A stretch of 64,000 nt of DNA, from IMG/VR virus record IMGVR_UViG_3300021961_000038, positions 49,407-113,406 of that record. One strand, given 5' to 3'. The notes under the pieces are model-generated. The model worked only from the letters and a program-made list of their open reading frames with translations, was not told where the DNA came from and did not search any database. The position numbers and the translations under genes were made by a program. This document shows positions 1 to 13,200 of this stretch, one piece after another (position 1 is the first letter of the stretch; each line of letters starts with the position of its first letter). This DNA comes from a virus.

Positions 1-304
1 AACAGTTTACATTGATGGAACACAAGCAGTGCATTTAAATTTACCAGGTGCCATTGATGCATCGGCGGCACTATCGGCTAGTGAAGCGTTAGCAACGCCA
101 GGTAAGCCAACACAAGATTTACCTGTGTGGTCTAATCCTAATACAGATCCAACAGCAAAATGGGACGAATTTAATTGGTATAAAGTTCCTGAAACATTTG
201 ACATTGTTAAGAGAAAACCTGTGCATGAACCTTGGGTAAATCACGAAAACATATCCAAGTCTAGAAGTTCTACATCAAGCACAGACAGAGATTCGGGCAA
301 TTAA
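1..304 (+). CDS. 3' end of a virion structural protein, probably baseplate hub/gp5-like (5'-truncated by the window)
   Basis: Frame is open from position 2 (TVYIDGTQAVHLNLPG...RKPVHEPWVNHEN) and lies immediately upstream of the gp25-like gene, the usual T4-like order. Confidence 0.5.
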   Translation, partial: TVYIDGTQAVHLNLPGAIDASAALSASEALATPGKPTQDLPVWSNPNTDPTAKWDEFNWYKVPETFDIVKRKPVHEPWVNHENISKSRSSTSSTDRDSGN

Positions 305-313
305 TATAGGGGT

Positions 314-319
314 TAAATA
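314..319 (+). promoter_or_regulatory. putative late promoter TAAATA, 5 nt before the ATG
   Basis: taaata-caagc-ATG; resembles the T4 late promoter core TATAAATA. Confidence 0.55.
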
Positions 320-324
320 CAAGC

Positions 325-765
325 ATGGCAAGATACAATGATATAAGAATTAAACCAAACCCAAATACGCTTGGTAACCAAGGCAGTAGAACCCAGGTTT
401 ACCGAGGCGTCAGCACGGTTAATCCTGATAACAGGAGTTTTACTACATATGATATTAATCTTATCAAGCAGGATATTATTAATCACTTTCATATACGCAA
501 GGGTGAAAAGATTTATAATCCAGAATTTGGAACAATTATTTGGAACATTTTATTTGAGCCATTTACAAACGTTGTTAAAGAGGCAGTAGCGAATGATGTT
601 GCTGACATTTTAAACAGCGAACCAAGAATTACAGTAGATAGTTTAAACATAGTTGAAAAGGACTACGGACTTCAAATTTTAGCGTCTGTAACCTATAAAA
701 CTTACAACATAAGTGAAACTTTACAGTTAAATTTTGACAGAGACAATGGGCTCATCTCGAATTAA
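325..765 (+). CDS. baseplate wedge subunit, gp25/GPW-like
   Basis: IKQDIINHFHIRKGEKIYNPEFGTIIWNILFEP...EPRI matches the gp25 family pattern; size 146 aa. Confidence 0.85.
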   Translation: MARYNDIRIKPNPNTLGNQGSRTQVYRGVSTVNPDNRSFTTYDINLIKQDIINHFHIRKGEKIYNPEFGTIIWNILFEPFTNVVKEAVANDVADILNSEPRITVDSLNIVEKDYGLQILASVTYKTYNISETLQLNFDRDNGLISN

Positions 766-786
766 CTGGGTAGTTAAAGATAAAGG

Positions 787-792
787 TAAATA
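787..792 (+). promoter_or_regulatory. putative late promoter TAAATA, 5 nt before the ATG
   Basis: taaata-ttgct-ATG. Confidence 0.55.
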
Positions 793-797
793 TTGCT

Positions 798-3700
798 ATG
801 GCAAGTAATAACAGACAGAATTCACTATTAGCGAACGAAGATTGGAGCAAGATTTATAAGTCTTTCACCGACGCTGATTTCACATCATATGATTTTCCTA
901 CTTTACGTAGAACAATGCTTACATATCTTCGTAACAATTATCCAGAAGATTTTAACGATTACATTGAATCAAGTGAATATCTTGCCTTAATAGATCTTAT
1001 AGCATTTTTAGGTCAAAGTATCTCTTATAGAATTGACTTAAATGCTAGGGAAAACTTTATTGAATTAGCAGAACAAAAAGATAGTGTTTTAAGATTAGCA
1101 AGATTAGTAGGATATAACACAAAACGTAATCAGGGTGCAAGAGGATTACTAAAAGTTATCGGTGTGCAAACAACAGAAGGAGTACAAGATAGTTTAGGTG
1201 TTAGCCTTGCAAACAGATTTATTGTATGGAACGATGAAACAAACACAAACTGGTTAGAACAATTTCAAACAGTTTTAAATTCAGCAATGCCAGGACAAAT
1301 GGTAGTTGGTAAACCATCACAGTCAAATGTTGTCGGTGGAATTCAAACAGAACAATATAAACTTAACACAACAAACACTGATGTTCCTTTGTTTAACTTT
1401 TCTAAAACAATACAAGGAAGAAACGTTACATTTGAAATTGTTAGTGCGGGTGTTGAAAACTCAGATGTTACTGAAGAAACTCCAGTTTTAGGAAACAGTG
1501 TTGGATTTTTATATAGAAATGACAAAAGAGGAAACAGTTCACCTAACACAGGATTTTTCTTTCATTTTAAACAAGGATCACTACAAAGTTCAGCATTTAC
1601 ATTAAATGACCCAAGTCCAAACGAAATTGTAAATGTTGATGTTCCTAATATTAACAATTCTGATGTTTGGTTATGGCAAGTAGATAGATTCGGCAACTAC
1701 ACAAATCTATGGACAAAACTAGATTCTGTTTATGGAAGCAATGTTGTTTACAATTCTATCAATCAAAAAACAAGAACAATTTATAGTATTGCAACTAGAG
1801 ATCAAGATCAGGTTAGTTTAAATTTTGCTGACGGAAATTTTGGCGAATTACCAAAAGGTGATTTCCGTTTGTATTATAGAACTTCAAACGGGTTAAGTTA
1901 CATAATATCTCCAACTAATATGCAAAACATTGTTATTGAAGTTCCTTATGTAAACAAGAACGGTGTTTCTCATACATTAATTGTACAGATGGGATTACAA
2001 TCTTCTGTAACAAATTCTTCTGCAACTGAAACAGTTGATTCGATTAGAGAAAATGCACCACAGGCATTCTACACACAAAACAGAATGATTACCGGTGAGG
2101 ATTATAATACATATCCATTAACAAGTAATCAATCAATTATCAAAGCAAAAGCAGTTAATAGAGCAAGTTCAGGAATTTCAAGACAGTATGATATTGCAGA
2201 CCCAACAGGAAAATATTCAACAACTAATTTAATTGCTGACGATGGTATTTTATACAAAAATGATTTTGAAACTGATTTTACATTTACATTCCAAACACGT
2301 AATGATGTATTGGGTGTATTAAGAAATAATATTGAACCTATTATTACAAGTTTGCCAACAAAAGCATTTTACTATGATAAGTTTCCAAGAATTAGTACAA
2401 GCGGTATTAATATTGATTGGGTGCATTCAACATCAGCATCGAGTTCATCAACGGGTTATTTCCGTAACAATGTAAACAATGCTCCAATTACAGTCGGAAC
2501 GTTTACAAGTAACAACTTTAAATTTGTGCAATCAGATTCAATGATTAAATTTGTTCCACCTAGTGGAAGATACTTTTTGCCTAATGGTACACTAACAACA
2601 GTTAGAGGAAAAACAACTTCCAATTATATTTGGGCAAAAGTTATTAATGTTGTAGGTGACGGTTCAAATGGCGGACTAGGTAATTTAGATGATGATACAG
2701 GACCTGTAATTTTAAGTGAACAAATTCCTTCACTAGCAATACCAAGTGAAGTTATTCCTAATATTATTACAGATTTACCTACTGATATTGAAACAGAAAT
2801 TGTTGATCTAGTGTTTAACTACAAAACATTTGGTTTACGCTATGATCAGTCTAGTTTAACATGGAAAATTATTGCTAACGCTAACCTAAACACAAAAGAA
2901 GGCTTTAGTTTAGATCGACAAGGTGATACAACAGGAACCAAGTCAGATAAAAGTTGGTTTGTCTTATTTTCTAATGACGGTGAAACATATACTGTAACAT
3001 ATCGTGGATTAGATTATAGATTTGAAAGCGAAAATCTAATTCAATTCTTTGTTGATATTGGTAGTAAAAAGTTCAACAGTGAAACAGGTAAAGTAATTAA
3101 GGATCAGGTAAAAGTTCTTAAAGTAAATGAAGATCCAACACAGGATACAATTCTTGCAAAAGATTTCCAATGGGAAATTATTGCTCCTGTAACAAGTATT
3201 GATGGATATCAAGAAACTAATAAAATTGCAGTAAACTTTTATGATTCAGATGACGACGGAATGATAGATGATCCTGATTCTTTTATAAACATTGTTTCTC
3301 CTAATAATGTAGATAATAGAGGATATAAAAATAAATTTGTTTTCTTTCAAACATCAGTGGTTGGTAACAATACAATTACTTCTAAAGTAAGTTCAGACAA
3401 CTTTGTAATTTTTGACAAAGAAGAAAAAGTAACACTAGCAAACTTTACAGATGGACAATTATTTTATTTTTATGATCAAACAGAAGATGTTGTAAAACAG
3501 TATAATGCAACACTAGGTTCTTTGGTTTTAAAAAATGATTATTATGCAAAACCAGGTCGAGATGCGATCAAGTTTCAGTATATTCATAATGCAGAAAACG
3601 ATAGACGTTTAGATCCAAGTAAGACTAACATTATCGACCTGTATGTTTTAACAGATACATACGACAATCAATATAGATCATATATTAACGGTGGTGCGTC

Positions 3701-4256
3701 TAAACCAACTGCACCAACAACTGAACAACTTCGTATGCAGTTTGAAACTGAATTGAATAAAGTTAAAGCAATCAGTGATGAAATCATTTTCCATAGTGTA
3801 AGATATAAATCATTATTTGGTGCGGATTCGGAAACAGCATTACAGGCAACATTTAAAGTTGTTAAATCGCCCGGAATAACTCTAAGTGATAACGAAATTA
3901 GATCAAATGTAATTGAGGCAATTAATGAATTCTTTACAATTGATAATTGGAATTTTGGAGATAGTTTTTATTTTACAGAATTAGCAACATATGTACAAAC
4001 CAAGTTAATACCTAATGTTGCAAACTTTGTGATAGTTCCAAGAAGTAGCAGTCAGACTTTTGGATCACTATTTCAGGTATCAAGCAGATCAGACGAAATT
4101 TTTATTAGTACTGCAACTGTGGACAATGTTGAAATCATAGATAGCATAACAGCCGCTAACTTAAAAGCAGACGGTAATATTATTACCACAATCGATCAGG
4201 TTACAGGCGGAGTTTCAATTGCTTCTGGAACCGCAACATCGAGCAGTGGTTACTAG
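798..4256 (+). CDS. baseplate wedge protein, gp6-like
   Basis: N-terminal DF..LR..YL...F.DY, SVLRLARLVGY, FADGNFG, ETVDSIRENAPQAFYTQNRMITGEDY are T4 gp6 hallmarks. Confidence 0.85.
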   Translation: MASNNRQNSLLANEDWSKIYKSFTDADFTSYDFPTLRRTMLTYLRNNYPEDFNDYIESSEYLALIDLIAFLGQSISYRIDLNARENFIELAEQKDSVLRLARLVGYNTKRNQGARGLLKVIGVQTTEGVQDSLGVSLANRFIVWNDETNTNWLEQFQTVLNSAMPGQMVVGKPSQSNVVGGIQTEQYKLNTTNTDVPLFNFSKTIQGRNVTFEIVSAGVENSDVTEETPVLGNSVGFLYRNDKRGNSSPNTGFFFHFKQGSLQSSAFTLNDPSPNEIVNVDVPNINNSDVWLWQVDRFGNYTNLWTKLDSVYGSNVVYNSINQKTRTIYSIATRDQDQVSLNFADGNFGELPKGDFRLYYRTSNGLSYIISPTNMQNIVIEVPYVNKNGVSHTLIVQMGLQSSVTNSSATETVDSIRENAPQAFYTQNRMITGEDYNTYPLTSNQSIIKAKAVNRASSGISRQYDIADPTGKYSTTNLIADDGILYKNDFETDFTFTFQTRNDVLGVLRNNIEPIITSLPTKAFYYDKFPRISTSGINIDWVHSTSASSSSTGYFRNNVNNAPITVGTFTSNNFKFVQSDSMIKFVPPSGRYFLPNGTLTTVRGKTTSNYIWAKVINVVGDGSNGGLGNLDDDTGPVILSEQIPSLAIPSEVIPNIITDLPTDIETEIVDLVFNYKTFGLRYDQSSLTWKIIANANLNTKEGFSLDRQGDTTGTKSDKSWFVLFSNDGETYTVTYRGLDYRFESENLIQFFVDIGSKKFNSETGKVIKDQVKVLKVNEDPTQDTILAKDFQWEIIAPVTSIDGYQETNKIAVNFYDSDDDGMIDDPDSFINIVSPNNVDNRGYKNKFVFFQTSVVGNNTITSKVSSDNFVIFDKEEKVTLANFTDGQLFYFYDQTEDVVKQYNATLGSLVLKNDYYAKPGRDAIKFQYIHNAENDRRLDPSKTNIIDLYVLTDTYDNQYRSYINGGASKPTAPTTEQLRMQFETELNKVKAISDEIIFHSVRYKSLFGADSETALQATFKVVKSPGITLSDNEIRSNVIEAINEFFTIDNWNFGDSFYFTELATYVQTKLIPNVANFVIVPRSSSQTFGSLFQVSSRSDEIFISTATVDNVEIIDSITAANLKADGNIITTIDQVTGGVSIASGTATSSSGY

Positions 4257-4270
4257 AAGGTAATTGAAAG

Positions 4271-7200
4271 ATGGCATATAGCGAAGACAATCAAACACCA
4301 ATAAGTGTTGAAAATAAAGACAAGCACCGTAATAGTGCTGATCTTTTACCTTTGTATTTTAGAACTGAAGCAAATAAAAAGTTCTTAGGTGCAACACTTG
4401 ACAGTTTAATTTCTAAAGGTAATTTAGAAAGATTAAACGGTTATGTTGGTTCAAGATATTCTAAAAATAGCAAACCCTCAGACGTTTATATTCCTGAACC
4501 AACTAATAATAGAAGAAGATATAATTTTCTTCCTAGCGTTGTAATTCGAGATGATTTTGCGGATAAGACAGAATGGGTAGCAACGTATGATGATCTAATA
4601 AATCAAATTAATTATTTTAACGGTGAAACAACCAATCATAGTAGATTAACATCAAGCGATTATTACGTATGGAATCCACTAATTGATTTTGACAAGTTTG
4701 TTAATTACCGTCAATATTATTGGCTACCTAATGGTCCTTCTCCGGTAACAGTAACAGGAAATTCTGAAGGTACTACAAGCACATTTCAGGTAACAAACAG
4801 CGGAAACGAAGCATGGGTGTTTACGCCTAACGGTTTTAGCAAAAATCCTATATTAACATTGTATAGAGGTGCAACATATGTCTTTGATGTTAATGCAGTA
4901 GGACATCCTTTCTATCTTAAAGTATCAAAACAGATTGGTGCAGTAGATCAATACAATGATGGTGTACAAAATAACGGAACAGAAGTAGGAGTAGTTACTT
5001 TTACAGTACCGTCATCTGCTCCAGACACATTATATTATGTCTGTGGTAGACATCAATCAATGCAGGGATTTTTTGAAATTAAAAATGCCGAAGAAGAATT
5101 AACGGTTAATATTAATACAGAAATTTTAGGTAAGAAAGAATACACCAGTGCTAACGGTGTTAAGTTTACTAACGGACTTAAGGTTAACTTTGAAGGAGAG
5201 GTTACTCCTACAACTTATAAGAATAGAAATTTTTATGTTGAAGGTGTTGGAGATAAGATAAAACTTATTCCAGAAGATCAATTAAGAACTCCGGAAATTT
5301 ACAGTTCAAACTTTGACTATGAGTTTGATGTTGAAGAATATGATGACACTCCGTTTGATGATGTTGAGAGTTATCCAACAAAGCAAGAATATATTACAAT
5401 TAACAGAAGTGCTCAAGATAAAAATCCATGGAGCAGATATAATAGATGGGTTCACAAAGATGTTATCGAAGCATCTGCAACATACAATAACACAGTTATT
5501 GTTCTTGATGAAAATCAACGTGCAAAAAGACCTATTATTGAATTTAATCCTAATATTAAATTACATAACTTTGCCTCTTATGGTAGAGATTATATTGATC
5601 TAATCGATACTCGAACAACAGATGTTATGAGTGATGTTGAAGGGTCAATTGGATACTATGTAGATGAAGTTATTCTTAAAAAAGGAATGCGTATTATTTT
5701 CAATGCAGATCCTGATATTACTGTTAAAGGTAAAATTTATGAAGTAGACTTTGTTGAATTTGAAGGTAAATCAAGAGTACATTTAGAAGAAGTATATACT
5801 CCTGTTGTAGGCGACGGTGTTGTTGTTGTCGACGGCGAAGGTAATCAAGGTAAGAGTTGGTTTTATAATGGAACAACTTGGATTCAAGGACAGCAGAAAA
5901 CTTCTTTAAACCAAGCACCTAAATTTGATTTATTTGACAAAGCAGGTAATAGTTATTCAGATGAAACTTATTATAGTGGAACAACATTTAAAGGTAATGA
6001 ACTTGTTAGTTACAAAGTAGGTAGCGGATCCAATGACGTAATTTTAGGATTTCCTATCTCCTACCAAAACGTAAACAACGTTGGTGATATTGTTTTTGAA
6101 TTTGATTGGGACGATAATACTTTTAATTTTACAGACAATACAACAATTAAAACGGTTGACACAGCAAGTGGATATGTTAAAATCTTTTCTGATGCTACAA
6201 CAAGTCGTTATGAAGGCGGATGGTTAAAAGCAAAACAAAAAACAAGACAAGGTATTATACAGTTAAATGATATTGAACAAGCAACAAATACATTACAAAT
6301 AGTTTGTATTGATAATCCACATCTTTATCTCAATGATATGGAGATCACAATTGAGTTTAATGATAAGGTATACAAACCAACAACTGACTTTAATCTTATT
6401 ACAAACGAAGTTACAAACACAGTATCTTTGGTGTTTTCAAGTGTAACAATACCTGCAAATACAAGAACAGTTTTAAAAGTTCATACAAAACAAAAACCAA
6501 ATGCAAATGGTTTTTATGAACCACCTCTTAACTTAACAAACAATGCTGAAAACAACGACTTAACTACATTTACTTTAGGTAGTATAAGTGACCATTTCAA
6601 AACTATATTTGAAAACAATGTTAACATTACAGGCGAAGCATTTGGACCTAACAATTCAAGAGATTTAACAAATATTCATGTAAGTGGATTACGCTATGTT
6701 AAACACGGTGGTTCGTTATTGAATAGTATTTTTAGTTTAGTTGATTATGATACTAATCTTATTAAAGCAATTAGAAAACAAGCAAAAGATTATAACTTCT
6801 TTAAAGAACAGTTTTTAGTTAAAGGCTTAGAACTTGAATTATCAGGTAACGTAAGCAATGATGTTGACGACATTCTTTATGCAATGTCATTGGATAAAAA
6901 AATATCATCACCTTATTACTATTCTGATATGGCTGGATTTGGTAAAAAAGTATCCATTAGAGAATATACAAAGTCAGCACCAACACAACAGGTATTTGGT
7001 TTAGATTCTAACTTTAAAATTTCCGAACTATCAAATAGATCAATCTATGTTTATGTTAATGATCAACAATTATATTATGGTCAAGATTATGAATTTGATC
7101 CTGTCGATAACGGTGTAACTATTTTAAAGAAAACAGCAGTTGGCGACAAAATTACAATCAAAGATTATGATACAGTTGGTAACGTCATTCCACAAACACC

Positions 7201-10200
7201 AACTAAGTTAGGATTATATCCTAAATTTAAACCAGAAATTTATACTGACACGTCTTATGTAACTCCTCGTGAAATGCTTAAAGGTCATGACGGATCAATT
7301 ACAGCAACATACGGCGATGTAAGAGATGACTTATTATTAGAATTTGAAAAGAGAATTTACAACAATATTAAAGTTTCTTACAACAGAGATGTGTTTGATA
7401 TTAATGAATACATACCAGGTGCATTTAGAGATACAGAATATTCTTTAGAAGAATTTACAAGAATTATGCGTAATGATTTTGGATCATGGGCATCATTATA
7501 TCAAGTAGATATCACAACAAATAATGTAACGGATGTTGATAATCTTTTTACAATAAATTATAATTCAACATTAGATACAATTAATAACGAATTATTGCCA
7601 GGTTACTGGAAAGGAATCTATAATAAGTTTTACGGAACATGGAGACCTAATATTGCTCCGTGGGAGTGTTTAGGTTTTAGTGAAAAACCTGATTGGTGGG
7701 AAAGCGAATACGGTCCAGCACCATACACTTCTGGTAACAAAAAATTATGGGATGATATACAACTAGGAAGAATACGATATAAAACAGGAGAACAAATTAA
7801 TCCTGTTTATGCGAGATCAAAACTGTCAAGCATTATTCCTGTTAATGAGTATGGTGATTTATTAGATCCTGTTAGAGTAGGAATTGTTGGAGAACTTAAT
7901 AATGCAACATTAACTAGAGACTTTGTGTTTGGTGATTTTCATCCAGCAGAAATTTCTTGGAGAACATCTAGTTGGTATCCATATGCATTACAGATTGCAT
8001 TAGCACTAACTAAACCTGCACAGTATTTAGGTAGTTTGTTTGATACATCACAAAATGAAATTGCACCTAGTGGAAGTTTATTGTATAAATCATCAGGAAA
8101 AATATTAGATTTAACTGATGCAAAAATACACACATTAGATTATAATAATGTAAAGCACTTTGGGTTAGGCTATCATGTTTTTGTTGTTGAGTACTTAAAA
8201 AGTTTAGATAAACCTGTTAGTGAAAGTTATTACACAAAAATTTCTAAAACAAGTATGAACTTGGTTTATAAGTTAGGCGGCTTTGCGGCTAAAAGCAGAT
8301 TGCGTGTTTTATTAGAAAGTTCAAACCCTGACAGCAAAGAAACAAGCATTTTCTTACCGGCAGAAAATTACGAATTAAAATTTAGAACATCTAATCCTGT
8401 AAAATCATCAAAACTAAGTGGAATTATTGTTGAAAAAACAGAAAGAGGATATCTAGTTAGAGGATATGATAATTTACAGCCTTACTTTACAGTTTATGAT
8501 CCAATCCATCAAAAGGACGATCCTGTTATTAATGTTGGCGGAACAAGTGCCAAATATGTTTTATGGACTAGAGAGAAATTCTATGGCATAGGACAAATTG
8601 TCGAATCAGGCGGAAGATATTATCGTTGTAAAGAACAGCACACAAGCACGAATGAATTTGATCCTAGCAAATTTACAACATTACCAAATCTTCCTTTAAC
8701 AGGCGGTGCCGAAGTACAAAAACCAAGACGATGGAAAACTAAATCTAAAGTTGTTCCATACGGCACAACTTATCAAAAAATACAGGATGTTTATGATCTT
8801 ATCTTAGGTTATGGTAAATGGCTAGAAGATGAAGGTTTTATATTTGACAAATATCTATCAGAATTATTAGAAATTCAAAACTGGGAATTCTCTGGTAAAG
8901 AATTTTTATTCTGGACCACACAAGGATGGTCATCAAACAGTGTTATTGCATTGGCTCCTTTTGCAGACGGAATTAAATTTAGTTTCAGTGCAGGACAAGT
9001 TGACAATGTATTAAACAGTTTTTATGATTATACTATTTTAACAGCAAGTGGTAGTATATTACCGCGTGATCAATTTAGCACAACAAGACAAGACGGTGCG
9101 TTTACAATTAGACCTCGCGATACAAATAACGGAATTTATTTTATACAATTAAATCTTGTACAAAAAGAACACGTTATTGTATTTGATGATAAAAGTCAGT
9201 TCGGTGATATTCTTTATGATCAAGAAGCAGGTTATAGAGCAAAACGTATTAAACTATTAGGGTTTAAAACTAGTGAGTGGAATGGTGATTACTATTCTCC
9301 AGGTTTTATTTACGATGAAGCACAAATTACAGATTGGTTACAGTTTAAAGATTATTATCTAGGTGAAGTTGTAAGATATAAAAGCGTTTATTATAGTGCT
9401 AAAAAGTTTATTCCTGGAGTAGATAAATTTGAAATCAATGATTGGATATATCTAGGAACAAAACCGATTGCTGAACTTTTACCAAACTTAGATTATAAAG
9501 CAAGTTCTTTTGAAGATTTTTATAGTTTAGAAAGTGAAAACTTTGATGTTAATCAAACTAAATTTGCACAACATTTGGTAGGATATCAAAAGCGTACATA
9601 TCTTGACAATTTAATTCAAGACGAAACTACACAGTATAAATTCTATCAAGGATTTATTAAAGAAAAAGGAACAAAAAATTCAATTGAAAAAATTCAACGT
9701 TTAAGAATTGAAGGCGTTGACACAAACATTGATATTGACGAAGAATGGGCATTTAAGGTCGGAAGTTTAGGAAGTAATTCGACTGTTAAAGAAATAGAGT
9801 TTGCATTAGATGAAACATTAAATGTCGATAATCCTCAAGGTTACGATTTTGTTTCTCAACGATCTACAGGAACTACAAGCAGTAACATTATTAAGTTATT
9901 ATCAAAAGATATTGCTGTTAAGCCATCGGACTATAATAACAATCCTTGGCCGTTGTATGATAGATCAGTATCTGAAAACACCATTGATTATCTTCAAAAA
10001 CTTCCTGTTGCAGGAACACCTAGGCTTGATGATGTAACAATAACGCTTTTTAATTATGATGATATTATTGGTAACGCTGTTGTAAATTCTTTAAAAGAAG
10101 GAGATACTATCTGGCTTGCTAAAAATAAAAGAAAAGATTGGGACGTTTTAAGATTAACAGGACTTAGATCTAGATTAACACAAACAGAAAACAAAACACC

Positions 10201-13200
10201 TAGCATTGACGGTAACGGTATTGTAACACTATACACAGATTTACCGCACGGTTTATCACAAGGATCAATTATTTCAATTAAAGACTTTGATCCTTTAATT
10301 GATAATGTTTATGAAGTTAATAGTGTATTAAGTTCTGATACATTTACTATAAGAACAGATTATGATACATTACCTTTGCAGTCTGATAGTTCAACAGGCA
10401 GTTTATTAGAATTTGTTTCAATCAGATTAGCAAACATTGACGATTTAAATGATCTAAAAGAAGTAACAGAATTTGCTGTGGGAAGTAAAGTATTTGCTGA
10501 TTCAGATTCTAACGGTAATTGGGGAGTATACGAAAAGTCAACAGCATTTGTAAGAAACAAATTTGGATGTGTTAATAACATTCCTGATCAATCATTTGGT
10601 CAAACAGTTATTTCTGGAGACTCAGGAAGATTAATTGTTGTTGGTGCAACACAGGGCGGCGATGAAGGTAACGTTTATATATTAAGAAGAAAATTTAATA
10701 CTGATATATCAACACTTGAAGGAGTACAAGGTTTTGCTCTCAGTGCCAACGCACTAGACAATCTTGTTGATGGAAGACCTAAGTTCGGTTGGAGTTTAGC
10801 ACTATCACAAACAGATACACATTTGGTTGCAGGTGCACCGTTTGCCTCAAACTTTAGATCTACAAGCGATTCGAATAAACCTAAATTCTTTTTTGGAGCA
10901 ACAGGTTCTGCTGTTCAAGGAAGCGTAAAATCAGGCGTTATAAAAGTTTTAAAATACAACACACTAACAAACTTGTATGATACAGAATATGTTTTAGGAT
11001 CACCAGATCCTCAATCAAATGCAGAGTTTGGTTATTCTGTTGCTATTTCAGATACAAGATTATTGGTAGGTGCCCCTGGACAAACAGGAGATCAAGGTAA
11101 TGTGTTTATTTTCGAAAAAGTTAATGACGATTGGCGTGTTGCAACAAACTATAAATTAGGATTTTCAAATGCTAGATCGGGAGATAGATTTGGTGAAATT
11201 ATTGCTTCATCAAAAGACCTATCAACTATTGCCGTAAGTGCGTCAGGCTATGAAGTAAACGAGGATAGCACTTATGACATTTCAGAAGGTGCTGTTCATA
11301 TCTATACATATAACACATCAACATCTTCATATGATTTATTGCAATCACTAACAGCATCTACACTTGGTCTTGGAATAACAACAGGAGACCAATTTGGTAG
11401 AGCAATTTCTTTAAATGATGACGGAACAGTTTTAGTTGTTGGTACACCTTATAGTGATATTAAGACTAATAACAATGGAGCAGTATACTACTTTAAAAAA
11501 TCAGGTAATACATTTGTTCTTGATCAAGTAATACTTTCGCCAGAAAAACTTTTAGGAGAAAGATTCGGAACCAACATTTCTTTGAATTCTGCAGGTGATT
11601 CTTTTGTGGTATATGCTGAGGGCGGTAGAAACGAAACCGAAACAGTATTTGATCAATACATTACACCAAATAATCCTGCTAGTGGTGAGAACGATTTCCC
11701 AACTACCTTTGATGCAAACACAACAAAGATTACAGACTTTACACAAGCAACAGGTACAGTTTACTCTTATACTAAACTAGGAACTAAATTTGTGTTTGGT
11801 CAAAAGTTGGTTAGTTATGATATTTCAACTAATGATGGTTTTGGTCAAGGATTAGATTATTCCACTAATAGTGTATTAATTGGTGCACCGCAAGGAAATC
11901 TTGATACAGGAGAGCAAACTGGTACGTTATATGTTTACCAGAAAGAAAAAACTGCTGGTTGGAATCTATTAAGACAAGAAACAGAATTTACTAACCCTTA
12001 TAAAATTAAAAACGTATTCACATATGATACAACAAAAAGTGAAGTAAAAGATTATTTAGAAGTGTTAGACCCTGCTAAAGGAAAAATTCCTTTCCTAGCA
12101 GAAGCAGAATTAAGTTACAAAACAAACGTAGATCCGGCAATTTATAGCGTTAGTGATAAAAATGTAAATGTTAATGAGAATAAGCCTTGGACTGATGAAC
12201 ACGTGGGCGAGTTGTGGTGGGATTTAGACTCGGTTCGTTATGTTTATTACGAACAAGGAGATACAGAATTTAGAACTAATAACTGGGGAACATTATTTCC
12301 TGGATCGTCAATTGACATCTATGAATGGATTGAATCAGACATATTACCAAGTGAATGGAATGAAATTGCAGACACCAACGAAGGTATTGCAATAGGATTT
12401 AGCGGACAAGCAAGATATGATAACAACACACTAGCAGTTAAACGTGTGTACAATTCAACCACAAATTCATTCCAAACAAGATATTACTATTGGGTTAAAA
12501 ATTCAGTTATTGTTCCAGATGAAAATAACAAAAGAAGAATTCCTGCAATTGAAGTAGCGAATATCATTACTAATCCTATTGCTTACGGAATTAAAAGTTT
12601 ACAAGTTTTAAGTAAAAATAGTATTAGTTTGTCTAATATTAAAACTACATTAGCAGATAAAAATGTAAGTATTGCAATTTACTATTCTAATGTTGAAACA
12701 GATTTACCTGAACACAACGAGTGGTTACTATTAAGAAATAATCAAACTGCTAAGATTGATCATAGTTTATTAATCAAAAAATTATACGACAGTTTAGTTG
12801 GTTTTGATGATCAAGGAAATGCTGTTCCGGATCCTAACTTACCTGCACAACGAAAATACGGATTACAGATACGTCCAAGACAGTCTATGTTTAAAGATAG
12901 ATTACAGGCGTTAAAAGTAGTGCTTACATTTGTTAACCAAGTAATGACAGGTGAAAGAATTGTTGATACTAAAAACATTTCAAAACTTCGTCAAAACGAC
13001 CCACAACCAACTGCTATTTCAGGAAAATATGATGTTAAGGTTGATAACTTTAGCGATATAGAACTTATTGGAACACAGGAACTAATTCAAGGCAAACTAT
13101 CGCCAGTGTTTAAAAATGGTCGTTTAAGTAAAGTTAATATTGTAACACAAGGATTTGGTTATAAAATTGCACCAGAAGTAGTTATTGTTGGTGACGGTTC

